In this document: positions 39,899-50,358 of the stretch, piece by piece | Layout of the letters: each line of letters starts with the position of its first letter | How positions within the stretch are numbered: position 1 is the stretch's first letter | Origin: Lachnospiraceae bacterium | Lineage (GTDB): Archaea; Thermoplasmatota; Thermoplasmata; Methanomassiliicoccales; Methanomethylophilaceae | NCBI GenBank assembly: GCA_963645865.1 | Contig: CAVIUM010000001.1 | Coordinates: 35,858-99,857 of the forward strand | DNA length: 64,000 nucleotides | Direction of reading: 5' to 3' | Notes under the pieces: generated by a model | What the model was told of the DNA's origin: nothing | Database searches by the model: none | Seen by the model: the letters and a program-made list of their open reading frames with translations, nothing else | Program-made: the position numbers and the translations under genes

Positions 39899-41278
39899 AT
39901 GTCCACGGCAGGGAAGGATTTGGATGTGATGCTCGGGGATCCCCGGAAGGCCATCAAAAGCATGATAGTCGCATTCTTCCTCGCCCTCGCCGTCGTACAG
40001 ATCAACCAGTTCGTCGATACGTTCTGGGTTTCAGGGCTGGGGGCCACCGCGAGCTCCGCCGTGGCCACCGTGATCCCCATCTACGGCCTCCTGATGTGCG
40101 CAGGCCTGGGTATCGGCACCGGCGTGACCGCCGGGATCGCGTTCCATCTCGGGAAGGGGGACCAGAGGCACGCCAACAGGGTCGCCGGATCTTCGATCAT
40201 GCTCGGGATCCTGTTCGCGATCGTCGGATCCGTTCTCGCCGCGATATTCTCCTTGCCTGCGATCGAGCTCATGGGGGCAGGTGACATCGAGGACGAGTGC
40301 ATGATGTACCTGATACCGTACATCATCCTCTCGCCCATCCTTCTGTGCGAGACGATAGTCGGTTCGGCCCTGCGCGGAGAGGGGGCCGCCAGGAAGGCCA
40401 CCATCGTCCAGGCGAGCGCCGCGGCGTTCAACATGGTGATCGACCCGATCTTCATCTACGGGCTGGGTATGGGCGTCTTCGGGGCCGGATTGGCCACCTG
40501 CGTCGCGGCCCTCCTGTCGATGCTTATCGGCCTGTGGTGGTACCTCACCGGCAGGACCATCGTCAAGCTCGACCGCGACGCCTTCGTCCGCGACAGGAAG
40601 GCGGCGAGGGACGTCATGGACATCGGAGGTCCCAAGACGGTTCAGACGGTCATCTCCAACGCCACCGACCTGATTCAGCGCGTGTTCCTCATCGCCGCGG
40701 GCGGGACCAACTCCGTCATGTTCTACAACTACGCCTGGAGGTACATCGAACTGGTAAATCTCCCCGGTAAATCTTACGAGAACGCCATGATACCGGTCTG
40801 CTCAGCCGGATACGGCCAGGGCGATTACAAGAAGATGGGGGACGGGTTCTCCTACGCCGCGAAGATGACCATCCTGTTCGGGGTGGCCTTCACTGCGCTG
40901 ATCCTCCTCTTCGCGGAACCGCTGATGGCCATCATGACCTACGAGGAGTCCATGGCCGCCCTGAGACCGGAGTTCGTATGGACGCTTAGGGTCTCCGCAC
41001 TGCTCATCCCGTTCTCCGCCCTGATGGGGATCGGTTCGTCGATGCTGCAGGTCATGAAGCGCGCCAAGCTTTCCATGGACTTCTACCTGGCCTGGGGCCT
41101 CATCAAGCTCGCCCTGTACGCGGTATCCGCCTACGTTTTCGGCTCCTTCGAGGGGATCATCTACAGCATGGTCGCCATCCATGTGTTCGGAGGCGTGTGC
41201 CTGATGTGGATGGGGATGAAGGAGTTCAGGAAGGTCACCTCCGAGGACGGATGTGAGGTTCGGGACGGAACGGATTGA
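39899..41278 (+). CDS. MATE family efflux transporter (divergent paralogue)
   Basis: VDTFWVSGLG, LRGEG and NMVIDPIFIY. Confidence 0.9.
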   Translation: MSTAGKDLDVMLGDPRKAIKSMIVAFFLALAVVQINQFVDTFWVSGLGATASSAVATVIPIYGLLMCAGLGIGTGVTAGIAFHLGKGDQRHANRVAGSSIMLGILFAIVGSVLAAIFSLPAIELMGAGDIEDECMMYLIPYIILSPILLCETIVGSALRGEGAARKATIVQASAAAFNMVIDPIFIYGLGMGVFGAGLATCVAALLSMLIGLWWYLTGRTIVKLDRDAFVRDRKAARDVMDIGGPKTVQTVISNATDLIQRVFLIAAGGTNSVMFYNYAWRYIELVNLPGKSYENAMIPVCSAGYGQGDYKKMGDGFSYAAKMTILFGVAFTALILLFAEPLMAIMTYEESMAALRPEFVWTLRVSALLIPFSALMGIGSSMLQVMKRAKLSMDFYLAWGLIKLALYAVSAYVFGSFEGIIYSMVAIHVFGGVCLMWMGMKEFRKVTSEDGCEVRDGTD

Positions 41279-41384
41279 GATTTCCGCGACATGAGGCCGT
41301 TCTTTTTTGCGGATCTGGGAATGGAGACGTTGCCGATACCCATCCAATGTCACCGAAATTCCCCAATCCCCTTTTTTAATCTGA

Positions 41385-41966
41385 ATGGCCATCACCCTGG
41401 CCATGCAAGAGTACACGGACGACCAGCGCACGGCCGGAGAGCTCATCGCCGTGCTCGAACAGGCCGCCGAGAGGAAGACATCCGAGGCGGATGCCCTCAG
41501 GAAGAAGACGAAACGCCTCAAGAATCCCGACAGGATCGCGATGACCGGCGATCTCATCGAGTTCCTTGAGGCGGACTCCCGCGGATACCGCATCGTCGCC
41601 GCCGGTCTGGCCGGCGAGCCCGTCGATTCCGTGGAGGATGCCGAACCCCCCGTGGACGAGGACCTCTACGAGGAGTACGTCCTGTCCCTCGATCCCGAGG
41701 ACCTCGAGAACGAGAGGGATGCAGTGGAGATCCGCGCCGATCTCATCGATTCCGTGCTGCAGGACACCTGCACCGCGATCGGGAAGGACGTGCTCGGATC
41801 CAAGAAGATGATCAAAGCCCTCCTGGACGACCCCGTCGCCCTGGAGTTCATCGGGGAGGTGGTGTACTCCGACGAGTACCTCATGGACCTCTACCGCACC
41901 GCCGTGGTCTCCAAGAAGCAGGATGGCGACAAGGGCGGGAAGAAGAAGAAAAAGAAGAAGGTTTGA
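41385..41966 (+). CDS. Hypothetical acidic protein with poly-Lys tail
   Basis: 193 aa, host codon usage, ends GGKKKKKKKV. Confidence 0.75.
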   Translation: MAITLAMQEYTDDQRTAGELIAVLEQAAERKTSEADALRKKTKRLKNPDRIAMTGDLIEFLEADSRGYRIVAAGLAGEPVDSVEDAEPPVDEDLYEEYVLSLDPEDLENERDAVEIRADLIDSVLQDTCTAIGKDVLGSKKMIKALLDDPVALEFIGEVVYSDEYLMDLYRTAVVSKKQDGDKGGKKKKKKKV

Positions 41967-41969
41967 AGA

Positions 41970-42662
41970 ATGCCGCCGAGCAAATACGAACGCGAACTCA
42001 GATTCATAGACACAGAAGTCGCCCGCATGAGCAGGAAGCTGAAGGATATGGCCGAGGCCATACCCGACAGCCCCGCCGAGGCCGCTAAGAAGGCCGAGGA
42101 GGTCCTGGGCATCCAGGACAAGATCGCAGCCATGCTGGCCAGGAAGAGGGAGATAGAGGATTCCTTCATCCAGGCCGGGATGGAGCTTCCGGACATCGGA
42201 AGGAGCATGAACGCCACCGTCCACAACGCATCCGGATTCGAGGTGCGCTCCTCCGAGGAGGCCGAATCCCTTGCGGGACTGGCGGAGAAGCCCGCCGCAT
42301 CCCCCAAGACCACCGACGTCCAGTCGGAGATCAGGAGCATCGGCGAGGAGCTCGCATCCATCGAGACGAAGCTGATGGAGGCGGAGATCGACGGGAACGA
42401 CGCCGAGGTCGACAAGCTGAAGATGATGTCGTCCTCGCTCCGCGCCAGGAGGGACGCCCTCGTACAGGAGGCAAAGCAGCAGAAGGCCGAGAAGCCCGCC
42501 CCCGCACCCGCTGCGGACGAGGAGACGATGAAGCGCATCGCCGACCTCGAGGCGGACAACCGTGCCCTGCGCTCCCAGGTCTCCGGCGTCAGGTCCGACG
42601 TCCAGGACGTCAAGGACCAGCTCAGGCAGATCATGGCCGCCCTGGGGATCGACCAGGAGTGA
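41970..42662 (+). CDS. Coiled-coil hypothetical protein
   Basis: 230 aa with heptad-rich helices; starts 3 nt after the upstream gene. Confidence 0.75.
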   Translation: MPPSKYERELRFIDTEVARMSRKLKDMAEAIPDSPAEAAKKAEEVLGIQDKIAAMLARKREIEDSFIQAGMELPDIGRSMNATVHNASGFEVRSSEEAESLAGLAEKPAASPKTTDVQSEIRSIGEELASIETKLMEAEIDGNDAEVDKLKMMSSSLRARRDALVQEAKQQKAEKPAPAPAADEETMKRIADLEADNRALRSQVSGVRSDVQDVKDQLRQIMAALGIDQE

Positions 42663-42686
42663 AACTTCCAGGGGCCGCGAGGCCCC

Positions 42687-44762
42687 TCATACCGCCTCTT
42701 TTATTATCCCGCCTATCAGCTCGTCGCCCCTGGATTCCCAGAACCCTTTGTCGCATACCATCACCAGGCGCTTCTTGGCCCTCGATACCGCCGTATTGAT
42801 CACCTTCAGACCTATCGGCGTCTCCGAGCTGGTGAACCTGAACGGCACGTCCCTCGATATCACCCCGCAGTCCGCCACGCTCAGGATCACCGTATCCCAT
42901 TCCCTCCCCTGGGACCCGTGCACGGTCATGACGCAGTCCCTGTACCTCCTCGGGACCTTGGACCTCAGGAGCGAGCATTGCACCGAATAGGGCGTCAGGA
43001 TGCAGACGTCCTTCGGATCCGGGGATTCCGCCTTCAGGAGTTCGGACACCATCCTCGCCTCCGCATCGTTCTCCCTGTTCTCCCTATGGGTGCATTGGGC
43101 GTCGAAGCACGCTATGTCGATGTCGTGGCCGTCCTCGCCGGACAGACCGTTCCTGTACACGTAGCGGTCCAGCACCGTGGCGAGGTTCGAACCGAACCTC
43201 CTGGTCCTGGTCAGGTCGAATCTCGATGTGATCTCGAACCTAGGGCCCTCGTCGGCCAGATATGACCGTCTGAAATCCTCCATCCCGACGGTCAGAGCCT
43301 TCTCGCACTCCAATGCCGGGAGCGTCCAGAGGAAAGCATCCTCCATCCTGCAGGGACGTGATGCCCACGACCTCACCTGTTCGGGATCCAATTCCGATAC
43401 CGGAGGGAGCTGCATATGGTCGCCGAGCATCGCGACGGGGACGCCGTTGGAGAATAGCGACAGTGCCTGGACGAACCCGCAGTAGCCCGCTTCGTCGAGG
43501 AATATCCTGTCCACGTCCAGCTCCATCCTCCCGTCCTCCTCGGATCCGCGGGGCCTGAAGCGGGATATGAACTGCTGCGGGGTCGCGGCTACGATGTTCG
43601 CTGCGCTCATGCGTTCGCACGTTGTGGATGCTCTGAGGCGCTTCTCCTCCTCTCTGAGGGAGGCTATCATCGATTCCATGTCCCCGTCGGACATCATCGA
43701 GTACTCGTCGATGTGGATGGCGGGCCTCTGCCTGCCGTACAGCGCGGTCTTAACCGAACGGAGGAACTCCGACATGGTGCATTCCTTTCCCGCGATGGCG
43801 GAGGTCTCGGCCCGCATTCCGCATACGGCCTTGATGGAATCAAGCGCGGGGATCAGATCGGGACGCTTCTCCATGAAATCCGACAGGTCCCATGCGTCGC
43901 ATCCCGCCGATGACAATGCCTCCAAGTCCTTCCTGACGGCCTCGCAGGCCCTCTCGTATCTGGCCTCCTCCAGATTTGTCAGGGATTCCATCGTCCTCTC
44001 CAGGAGCCTCTGGACCTGCCTGTCCTCGCACATCTCCGGATGCTCGGCGAAGAACCTCCTGGTGGGTATCCCTAGACGGATGACCCCTCCCAGCTCCTCC
44101 GGGGGAACCGAGGCCAGGACGCCCCTCAGCACCTGCTCGACGGAATTGTTGGTCGGAGCGAACACCGCGACCCTCTCCCCCGCTCTCAGGCAACCCCTGA
44201 TTGCGGAAGACAGGACGAACTGCGTCTTCCCCGTCCCGGGGGCGCCCCACACGTACGAGAGCTTCGAAGAGAGCAATCCCTCCGCCGCCCTCCTCTGCTC
44301 GTCAGTCGGCGTGCCTGCGTCGGGGTAGACGGGATGAACATCGGCGGGGATATAGTCGGGAAGGCGGATGGAATCGCCGTACGTGCGGTAGAACTCCTTC
44401 ACTGCCAGTACGAGGAACCTCATGTCCGTCAGGACGGAGATCTTAGCATCGGGCTCCGCCATCATGTCGAGGATATCGAAACCGGGCCTGACGAGGACCG
44501 TCTTCGACACCTCGTCATAGCGTGAGAAACCCGCCTCCTCTTCGGTGCAGACCCTCGGACCCACCTTCAGCATCAGACCGGACGAGTCCGAGAGGAGGGA
44601 CGACAGGTGGAGGATCGCATACCCGTCCATCACATCGCAGGATTCCACCCTGGTCTCCGAAACACCCTTGGGAGGGTCTTCGACCCATTGCATGTCGGTG
44701 AGGTAGTCGTACAGGGCCCCGGCCGATGAGGAGACTATCGAAGCGATCTCGTTGCCATCCAT
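42687..44762 (-). CDS. SF1 helicase, Upf1/DNA2/NAM7-like
   Basis: WGAPGTGKT, APTNNSV, LDEAG, GDHMQLPP, TPYSVQ, TVHGSQGREWD and NTAVSRAK. Confidence 0.9.
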   Translation of the reverse strand: MDGNEIASIVSSSAGALYDYLTDMQWVEDPPKGVSETRVESCDVMDGYAILHLSSLLSDSSGLMLKVGPRVCTEEEAGFSRYDEVSKTVLVRPGFDILDMMAEPDAKISVLTDMRFLVLAVKEFYRTYGDSIRLPDYIPADVHPVYPDAGTPTDEQRRAAEGLLSSKLSYVWGAPGTGKTQFVLSSAIRGCLRAGERVAVFAPTNNSVEQVLRGVLASVPPEELGGVIRLGIPTRRFFAEHPEMCEDRQVQRLLERTMESLTNLEEARYERACEAVRKDLEALSSAGCDAWDLSDFMEKRPDLIPALDSIKAVCGMRAETSAIAGKECTMSEFLRSVKTALYGRQRPAIHIDEYSMMSDGDMESMIASLREEEKRLRASTTCERMSAANIVAATPQQFISRFRPRGSEEDGRMELDVDRIFLDEAGYCGFVQALSLFSNGVPVAMLGDHMQLPPVSELDPEQVRSWASRPCRMEDAFLWTLPALECEKALTVGMEDFRRSYLADEGPRFEITSRFDLTRTRRFGSNLATVLDRYVYRNGLSGEDGHDIDIACFDAQCTHRENRENDAEARMVSELLKAESPDPKDVCILTPYSVQCSLLRSKVPRRYRDCVMTVHGSQGREWDTVILSVADCGVISRDVPFRFTSSETPIGLKVINTAVSRAKKRLVMVCDKGFWESRGDELIGGIIKEAV

Positions 44763-44915
44763 ATCGTACGGACGTCGGGTCCGAGTATATAGGCGAATCA
44801 CAGAGGGGTACGATTTGGCATAGTTCAAACTTAGACCGCAAACGTTAGACACGGTCCCGTCGGAGAACGGAGAAAGTTGGGTACGGGCCGGAGGACCGGC
44901 CCTTGAAAAGAAGGA

Positions 44916-45353
44916 TCAGCTGTAGAAGCTGGCCCAGTTCGACTCCTCGATGTCCTTGTCGTCGAACTTCGGCACGTTCTCCGAGAAACCCTCCCAATCG
45001 GCGGGCTCCCTGGAGAGCACGGCGAACGAGTTGTTCCCGGTGTCGAACTTGATGGCATCGGGCGAGACCATGATCCTGACGTTGAAGAGCATGCTGAAGT
45101 TCATGTCCTTGTAGTCGCCCTCGGGATCCTCGACGCTCCTGTCCCTGCGGAGGCTGTTGATCCTGATGGTCTTCTCCCTGAACAGGCCCTTGGCCTTCTT
45201 GGTCACCCTGTCGAGGCTGTATCCGTCCCCCAGGTCCAGGGTCCAGAACTCCACATCCTGGCCGCTCTCCTGGACGTCGGATTTGACCCATCCGGTGTAA
45301 TCGTCCTTGCTGGTGCCGGCGTATATGCGGTACTGAGTCTCCTTCGAAATCAT
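44916..45353 (-). CDS. Hypothetical protein
   Basis: 145 aa ORF with host codon usage; no recognised motif. Confidence 0.7.
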   Translation of the reverse strand: MISKETQYRIYAGTSKDDYTGWVKSDVQESGQDVEFWTLDLGDGYSLDRVTKKAKGLFREKTIRINSLRRDRSVEDPEGDYKDMNFSMLFNVRIMVSPDAIKFDTGNNSFAVLSREPADWEGFSENVPKFDDKDIEESNWASFYS

Positions 45354-45453
45354 GGCGTCCCCTTCGACGGCACCCGATTGGACGGGATGTCTTTTAGATT
45401 TTGCTCACGGAGGGCGGAGCGTGTGCGCGCACACGTTAACTACAGGTTCGCAC

Positions 45454-46344
45454 ATGGCCCCGGACATGTTCGCAGACGCCTGCAGCAAGGCCTCCGAGTT
45501 CACCAGGCCCCTGGCGGTCTCCATCAGGCATCAGGACGGTTCCGTCGAGACCACCATCGGATCGTTCATCGTCATCAACCGCGAGGGATGGGTGCTGACC
45601 GCCGGCCACATGTACGATTCCTTCGTCAAGTACCAGAGCGATCTGAAGAAGGCCGAGGAGATCAACGAGCTCAACAGCTCCAGGGCGTCCAAACGCGGAG
45701 CGCCCAGCTCCGAGGTGAAGCTCGAACCCTCCCTGATAACCAACCATTCCTTCTGGTGGGGCTGGGACGGCGTCCGCGTCAAGGACGTGTTCGTCAACAG
45801 GCAACTCGACATCGCCATCGGCAAACTCGATCCGTTCAACCCCGACTGGGTCCGCGAGTATCCGGTCTTCAGGGACCCGTCGCACCTCCGTCCCGGGACC
45901 AGCGTCTGCCGCGGGGGGTTCGCGTTCACCAATCTCGCAGCCACCTGGAACGAGGCGAAGAAATCCTTCGTGATCCCCCAGCCCTCCCAGGACTCCCTCT
46001 TCTTCAACGAGGGCATGCACACCCGCACGGTCTGCATGGGCAAGTGCAAGGACGGATCCCACGACATGCTCTACGTGGAGACGTCCACGCCCGGGCTGAG
46101 GGGACAGTCCGGCGGTCCGATCTTCGACACCAAGGGCATGATCTACGCCATGCAGGTGTCCACACAGCACATGGACCTCGGTTTCCACCCGACCACCCAG
46201 TTCGAGGGCAGGAGGGTGGTGGAGAACCAGTTCCTCAACGTGGGATTGGGGGTCCATGCGAGGATACTGAGGGAAGTGCTCGAGGAGCGCGGTATCCGCT
46301 ACGACGCCGAGGGCGACGAGAGCGGATTCAGGATCGTGGAATGA
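45454..46344 (+). CDS. Trypsin-like serine protease
   Basis: LTAGH, LDIAI and GQSGGP catalytic triad motifs; no signal peptide. Confidence 0.85.
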   Translation: MAPDMFADACSKASEFTRPLAVSIRHQDGSVETTIGSFIVINREGWVLTAGHMYDSFVKYQSDLKKAEEINELNSSRASKRGAPSSEVKLEPSLITNHSFWWGWDGVRVKDVFVNRQLDIAIGKLDPFNPDWVREYPVFRDPSHLRPGTSVCRGGFAFTNLAATWNEAKKSFVIPQPSQDSLFFNEGMHTRTVCMGKCKDGSHDMLYVETSTPGLRGQSGGPIFDTKGMIYAMQVSTQHMDLGFHPTTQFEGRRVVENQFLNVGLGVHARILREVLEERGIRYDAEGDESGFRIVE

Positions 46345-46850
46345 CGGGAGAGCCACTGTTCAAGGTCTCGACGGCGTACACGCTGTCGCAGTACCGCGAT
46401 TACAACCGCACCGTCCAGAACGTCATCAACAGGAGATGGCTGATGAACGCGGCCGCCTTCGCCACATACACGGCGATCGGCATCGGTCTGGCGGTCCTGT
46501 TCAAGACCCCGTACCCGGTCCCGGCCTTCTTGGCCCTCGCGGTCTTCAACCTGTGTTGCTCCCGGAGGAACCTGAACAAGGCCGAGATGGCCCAGTACCA
46601 GCAGGAGCAGTTGACCGGTACCCTGACCTACGAGTTCTACGGGGACAGGATCGATGTCGAGACCCGCTACGGCAGGACCTCCAACCCTTTGGAGACGGTA
46701 TCCGTGGTCTTCCGCACCTCCCGCAACTTCATCATCATGTTCGGAGAGGCCAGCGGGATCATCCTGCCGGAGGAGGACTGCTCCCCCGAACTGGAGGCCT
46801 TCATCCGCCGGAACCTCCCTGTCCGCGAGATCAGAAATAATCGGTCATAA
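46341..46850 (+). CDS. YcxB-like membrane protein
   Basis: Two TM helices plus C-terminal YEFYGDRIDVE...IILP; ATGA overlap with the protease stop. Confidence 0.7.
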   Translation: MTGEPLFKVSTAYTLSQYRDYNRTVQNVINRRWLMNAAAFATYTAIGIGLAVLFKTPYPVPAFLALAVFNLCCSRRNLNKAEMAQYQQEQLTGTLTYEFYGDRIDVETRYGRTSNPLETVSVVFRTSRNFIIMFGEASGIILPEEDCSPELEAFIRRNLPVREIRNNRS

Positions 46851-46886
46851 GGCAAACTTATTAACTATAACAAAGATAGAATCCGC

Positions 46887-47186
46887 ATGAAGGCAATCGA
46901 GTCCGAAGCGGTGGCGGGGGTGTGCAAGGCCCTTTCCGATCCCACCAGGGTCTCCATCCTCCGTCTTCTGAGCGAAGAGGCCATGGACTCGTCGTGTCTG
47001 GCCTGCGAACTCGGCATCCACCAGACATCTGTGAACTACCATCTGTCGTTCCTGATGAGGGCGGGACTGGTGTGCTACGAGCGCGACGGCAGGAAGAACC
47101 GCTACAGCGTCCTCATAGACGGGTTCATCCTGCTGGAGGAGTACCTGCAGGTTTTCGTTCCGGAGCTGACGGAGGAGGAGCTGTGA
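46887..47186 (+). CDS. ArsR/SmtB family transcriptional regulator
   Basis: KALSDPTRVSIL...SVNYHLSFLMRAGLV...DGR. Confidence 0.88.
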   Translation: MKAIESEAVAGVCKALSDPTRVSILRLLSEEAMDSSCLACELGIHQTSVNYHLSFLMRAGLVCYERDGRKNRYSVLIDGFILLEEYLQVFVPELTEEEL

Positions 47187-47223
47187 CCAACGATTATCTA
47201 CAAACGCCACTTCCACCCCGTCC

Positions 47224-49293
47224 ATGATGGGAATGTTCTGCCCCCGGTGCCATACGCTGGTCTCACCGCTCGACCAGAGATGCAGGTCCTGCGGGAATTC
47301 CCTCGATAAGATGGTCGAGAGCAACCAGTCCACGATCGACTTCGCCGAGGAGCGCCGTCCCAGGAAGCAGGAGGTCGTGGTGGAGGCCTCCGACGAAGCA
47401 CCGTTCATGCCCTACCGCCCCCGCGGATGCCAGATGGACATCATCCGCGACATGGTGACCGCGCTGGACGCGGGCAGGCACTTCGTCATGGAATCCGGGA
47501 CCGGCACGGGGAAGACGATCATCTCCCTCGCAGCGGGACTCGAGCATGCCGAGAAGACGGGGAAGACCATAGTCTACCTCACCAGGACCATCTCGCAGAG
47601 CGACCAGGTCATGAGGGAGCTGCGTTCCATCTCCAAGATACGCGAGGTGTCCGGCATAGCCATCACCGGGCGTGCGAAATCCTGCCCCCTGTTCAGGGGC
47701 GTGAAGGACTACGAGAACATCCCCTCCAACGTCCTCTCCATGATGTGCGAGGACGTCCGCGAGAAGAGCCTGAAGGGGAAGGCCGGGGGATGCAGGTACT
47801 TCGACAGGGTGCAGCACACCCTGCCCCAGATCGAGCAGTACGTGAAGACCGAATTCCCCACATCCGACGAGCTGGATTCGTTCTGCGTGAAGCTCCAGGT
47901 ATGCCCCTACGAGGCGAAGAAAGCCCTGATGAAGGGCGCCAAGGTGGTCGCGGCGCCGTACGTCCACATCCTCGACCCGGACATCAGGGACAGCCTGATG
48001 ACCAATCTGGACCGCCCGGGGGACCCGGAGTCCCTGCTGATCATCGTCGATGAGGCGCACAATCTCGTGGATGCCGCCCGCGACAGCGAGACATTCCGCA
48101 TAGACAGGTCCATGGTCGACTCGGCCATCGACGAGTGCTCCACGTTCAGGCGCCAGCCCATGGTATGGAACGACGTGGATCTGAAGCAGTTCCTCACGTT
48201 CCTCAAGGCCTGCATCCGCGGGGTGGCGATAGACCTCATCCCCGTCGGATCGGACACCGCCGTCATCCAGGGCCCCCTCATCGAGGAGCGCATGATGGCC
48301 AAGTTCGGCATGAGTCAGAAGGACCTCGAGGACGCCATCTCGATGGCCGAGGAGATCGGAGGGGACCGCACCGACGCTCTGATGGAGGCCGGCGAGAACC
48401 GCGTCTCCGACATACAGACCGTCGCCGCGTTCCTGGATTCCTGGTGCGGCGCATCCTCGGACAGGTTCGTCAGGACCGTCAAGGCCGACAAGGACGGGGA
48501 GTTCCTCCGCGCCTGCTGCATCGATCCCGCCGAGATCTCCAGGTTCCTCAATTCGACCAAGGGCACCGTCCACATGTCCGGGACCCTGCAGCCCCTCGAC
48601 CAGTACGCCCGCGTTATCGGGCTGTCGAACAACTGCACCTTCAGGAAGTACCCGTCCCCGTTCCCTCCGGAGAACAGGAAGGTCGTCTACACCCCGGACC
48701 TGACCACCAGGTGGCAGGACCTGAAGAACGATCCCGGCATGAAGAACCGCCTCGAGAAGACGATCGCCGACCTGTGCAATTCGGTGGACAAGAACACGCT
48801 GGTGTTCTTCACGTCCTACGCCAGCATGTCCTCCATGCGCGGATACATGGAGTCCCATGTGCAGAAGAGGATGTACTGGGAGGAATCCCGCAACGCCCAG
48901 AGGAACGCCTCCAACCTCGCATCCTTCCGCGCCAGGCGCGACGGCGTCCTGTTCTGCGTGATGGGCGGCAAGTTCGCCGAAGGGATAGACTTCCCCGGGG
49001 AGGAGCTGTGCTTCGCCATCGTCGTCGGCATACCCTATCCTCCCCCGTCGCCCGAGATGAAGGCCATGAGCGACATGTTCGACGCCAGATACGGCTCCGG
49101 GAAGGGATGGCTCTACTGCTCCGCGGTGCCCGCGCAGAGGAAGATGAAGCAGGCCATAGGCCGTCTGATCAGGACGGAGACCGACAGGGGCATGGCCGTC
49201 ATCCTGGACAACCGCGCCTCCAGGTTCGTGAGGGAGCTGGACGCGGAGAAGTGCGACGACCCCGTCGCCGAGGCCGCCAGGTTCTTCAGGTGA
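47224..49293 (+). CDS. xpd: XPD/Rad3 family Fe-S DNA helicase
   Basis: ESGTGTGKT, Fe-S cysteines (SCP, MC, GC.YF, VCPYE), VDEAHNL, MSGTL, EGIDF and QAIGRLIR; N-terminal CxxC..CxxC ribbon. Confidence 0.92.
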   Translation: MMGMFCPRCHTLVSPLDQRCRSCGNSLDKMVESNQSTIDFAEERRPRKQEVVVEASDEAPFMPYRPRGCQMDIIRDMVTALDAGRHFVMESGTGTGKTIISLAAGLEHAEKTGKTIVYLTRTISQSDQVMRELRSISKIREVSGIAITGRAKSCPLFRGVKDYENIPSNVLSMMCEDVREKSLKGKAGGCRYFDRVQHTLPQIEQYVKTEFPTSDELDSFCVKLQVCPYEAKKALMKGAKVVAAPYVHILDPDIRDSLMTNLDRPGDPESLLIIVDEAHNLVDAARDSETFRIDRSMVDSAIDECSTFRRQPMVWNDVDLKQFLTFLKACIRGVAIDLIPVGSDTAVIQGPLIEERMMAKFGMSQKDLEDAISMAEEIGGDRTDALMEAGENRVSDIQTVAAFLDSWCGASSDRFVRTVKADKDGEFLRACCIDPAEISRFLNSTKGTVHMSGTLQPLDQYARVIGLSNNCTFRKYPSPFPPENRKVVYTPDLTTRWQDLKNDPGMKNRLEKTIADLCNSVDKNTLVFFTSYASMSSMRGYMESHVQKRMYWEESRNAQRNASNLASFRARRDGVLFCVMGGKFAEGIDFPGEELCFAIVVGIPYPPPSPEMKAMSDMFDARYGSGKGWLYCSAVPAQRKMKQAIGRLIRTETDRGMAVILDNRASRFVRELDAEKCDDPVAEAARFFR

Positions 49294-49350
49294 GCGTCTT
49301 CGGCGTCGGTGGAAAATCCGTAAATATCGGCCTTCGATGGCACCCCAAGA

Positions 49351-50286
49351 ATGCCTCTGATCAACGTCCTCTGCGATGTGAAGATATGGATCGTGCTGGG
49401 TATCATCCTGGCAATGACCGTGGGCTTCGACAGCCCCGACGCCGCGAACATCCTCGTGGTCGTACTCATCGCCCAGATGGCGGTATCCCTCGACGGGATA
49501 CAGTTCAAGAAGGATGATTTCAAGACGTACGACAGGGAGATCCTGGTCAGCATACTCTGCTGCTTCGGCATCAACACCCTCCTGACCCTCGCCTGCGGTC
49601 TGCTGTTCATCAACGATACGCACCTCTGGACCGGATGGGTCATGCTGTCCTCCGTCCCCTGCGCCATCTCCGTCGTGGTCTGCACCCTGGTCATGAGGGG
49701 GGACACGAAGATGTCCGTCCTGGCCCTGACCGGGATATACGTCGTCGCCATCGCGCTGACGCCGCTGATAACGCACTTCCTCCTCGGGGATTCGGTCAAC
49801 CCGCTCGAGGTGCTGAAGTACATCGTCCTGTTCATCGCGGTGCCCTTCGCCCTGTCCTTCCTGGTGAAGAGGATGCATCTGCACAGCACCACCAAGTCGG
49901 TCTTCATCAACCTCATGATGCTGATGCTGGTGCTCGTCGGGATGGGGAGCAGGAGGGACTACATCATCAACGACTTCGACGTCGTCCTCCTGCTTATCGG
50001 CGCATGCATCATCAGGATCTTCCTGGTCAGCTTCGCGTTCCTGTTCGCGTTCAAGAAGGCGGGCGTCAAGCGCGACAACGCCGTGGTGTACCTGTCGATG
50101 ATCGCCTGGAAGAACTCAGGCATGTCGATCTCCATGACCATGGCCCTGTTCGCCGCCACCATGCCCGATGCGGTGCTGCCTTGTATCGTGTCCCTGGTGA
50201 TGGAGGCCGCCTGGTTCGCCGTCATGTCCAAGGCCATAGAGAAGGTGTGGCCGGTCAGCGATGACATCCCCGTCGCCTCGATCTGA
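49351..50286 (+). CDS. Bile acid:sodium symporter-like membrane transporter
   Basis: About 10 TM helices; SVPCAIS and WKNSG motifs. Confidence 0.7.
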   Translation: MPLINVLCDVKIWIVLGIILAMTVGFDSPDAANILVVVLIAQMAVSLDGIQFKKDDFKTYDREILVSILCCFGINTLLTLACGLLFINDTHLWTGWVMLSSVPCAISVVVCTLVMRGDTKMSVLALTGIYVVAIALTPLITHFLLGDSVNPLEVLKYIVLFIAVPFALSFLVKRMHLHSTTKSVFINLMMLMLVLVGMGSRRDYIINDFDVVLLLIGACIIRIFLVSFAFLFAFKKAGVKRDNAVVYLSMIAWKNSGMSISMTMALFAATMPDAVLPCIVSLVMEAAWFAVMSKAIEKVWPVSDDIPVASI

Positions 50287-50358
50287 GACGGCGGGCATCG
50301 CTCCCACGCGGTTCCCGGACACCGTCGGTTATAACAATTGAACCTATATGGAGGTCCG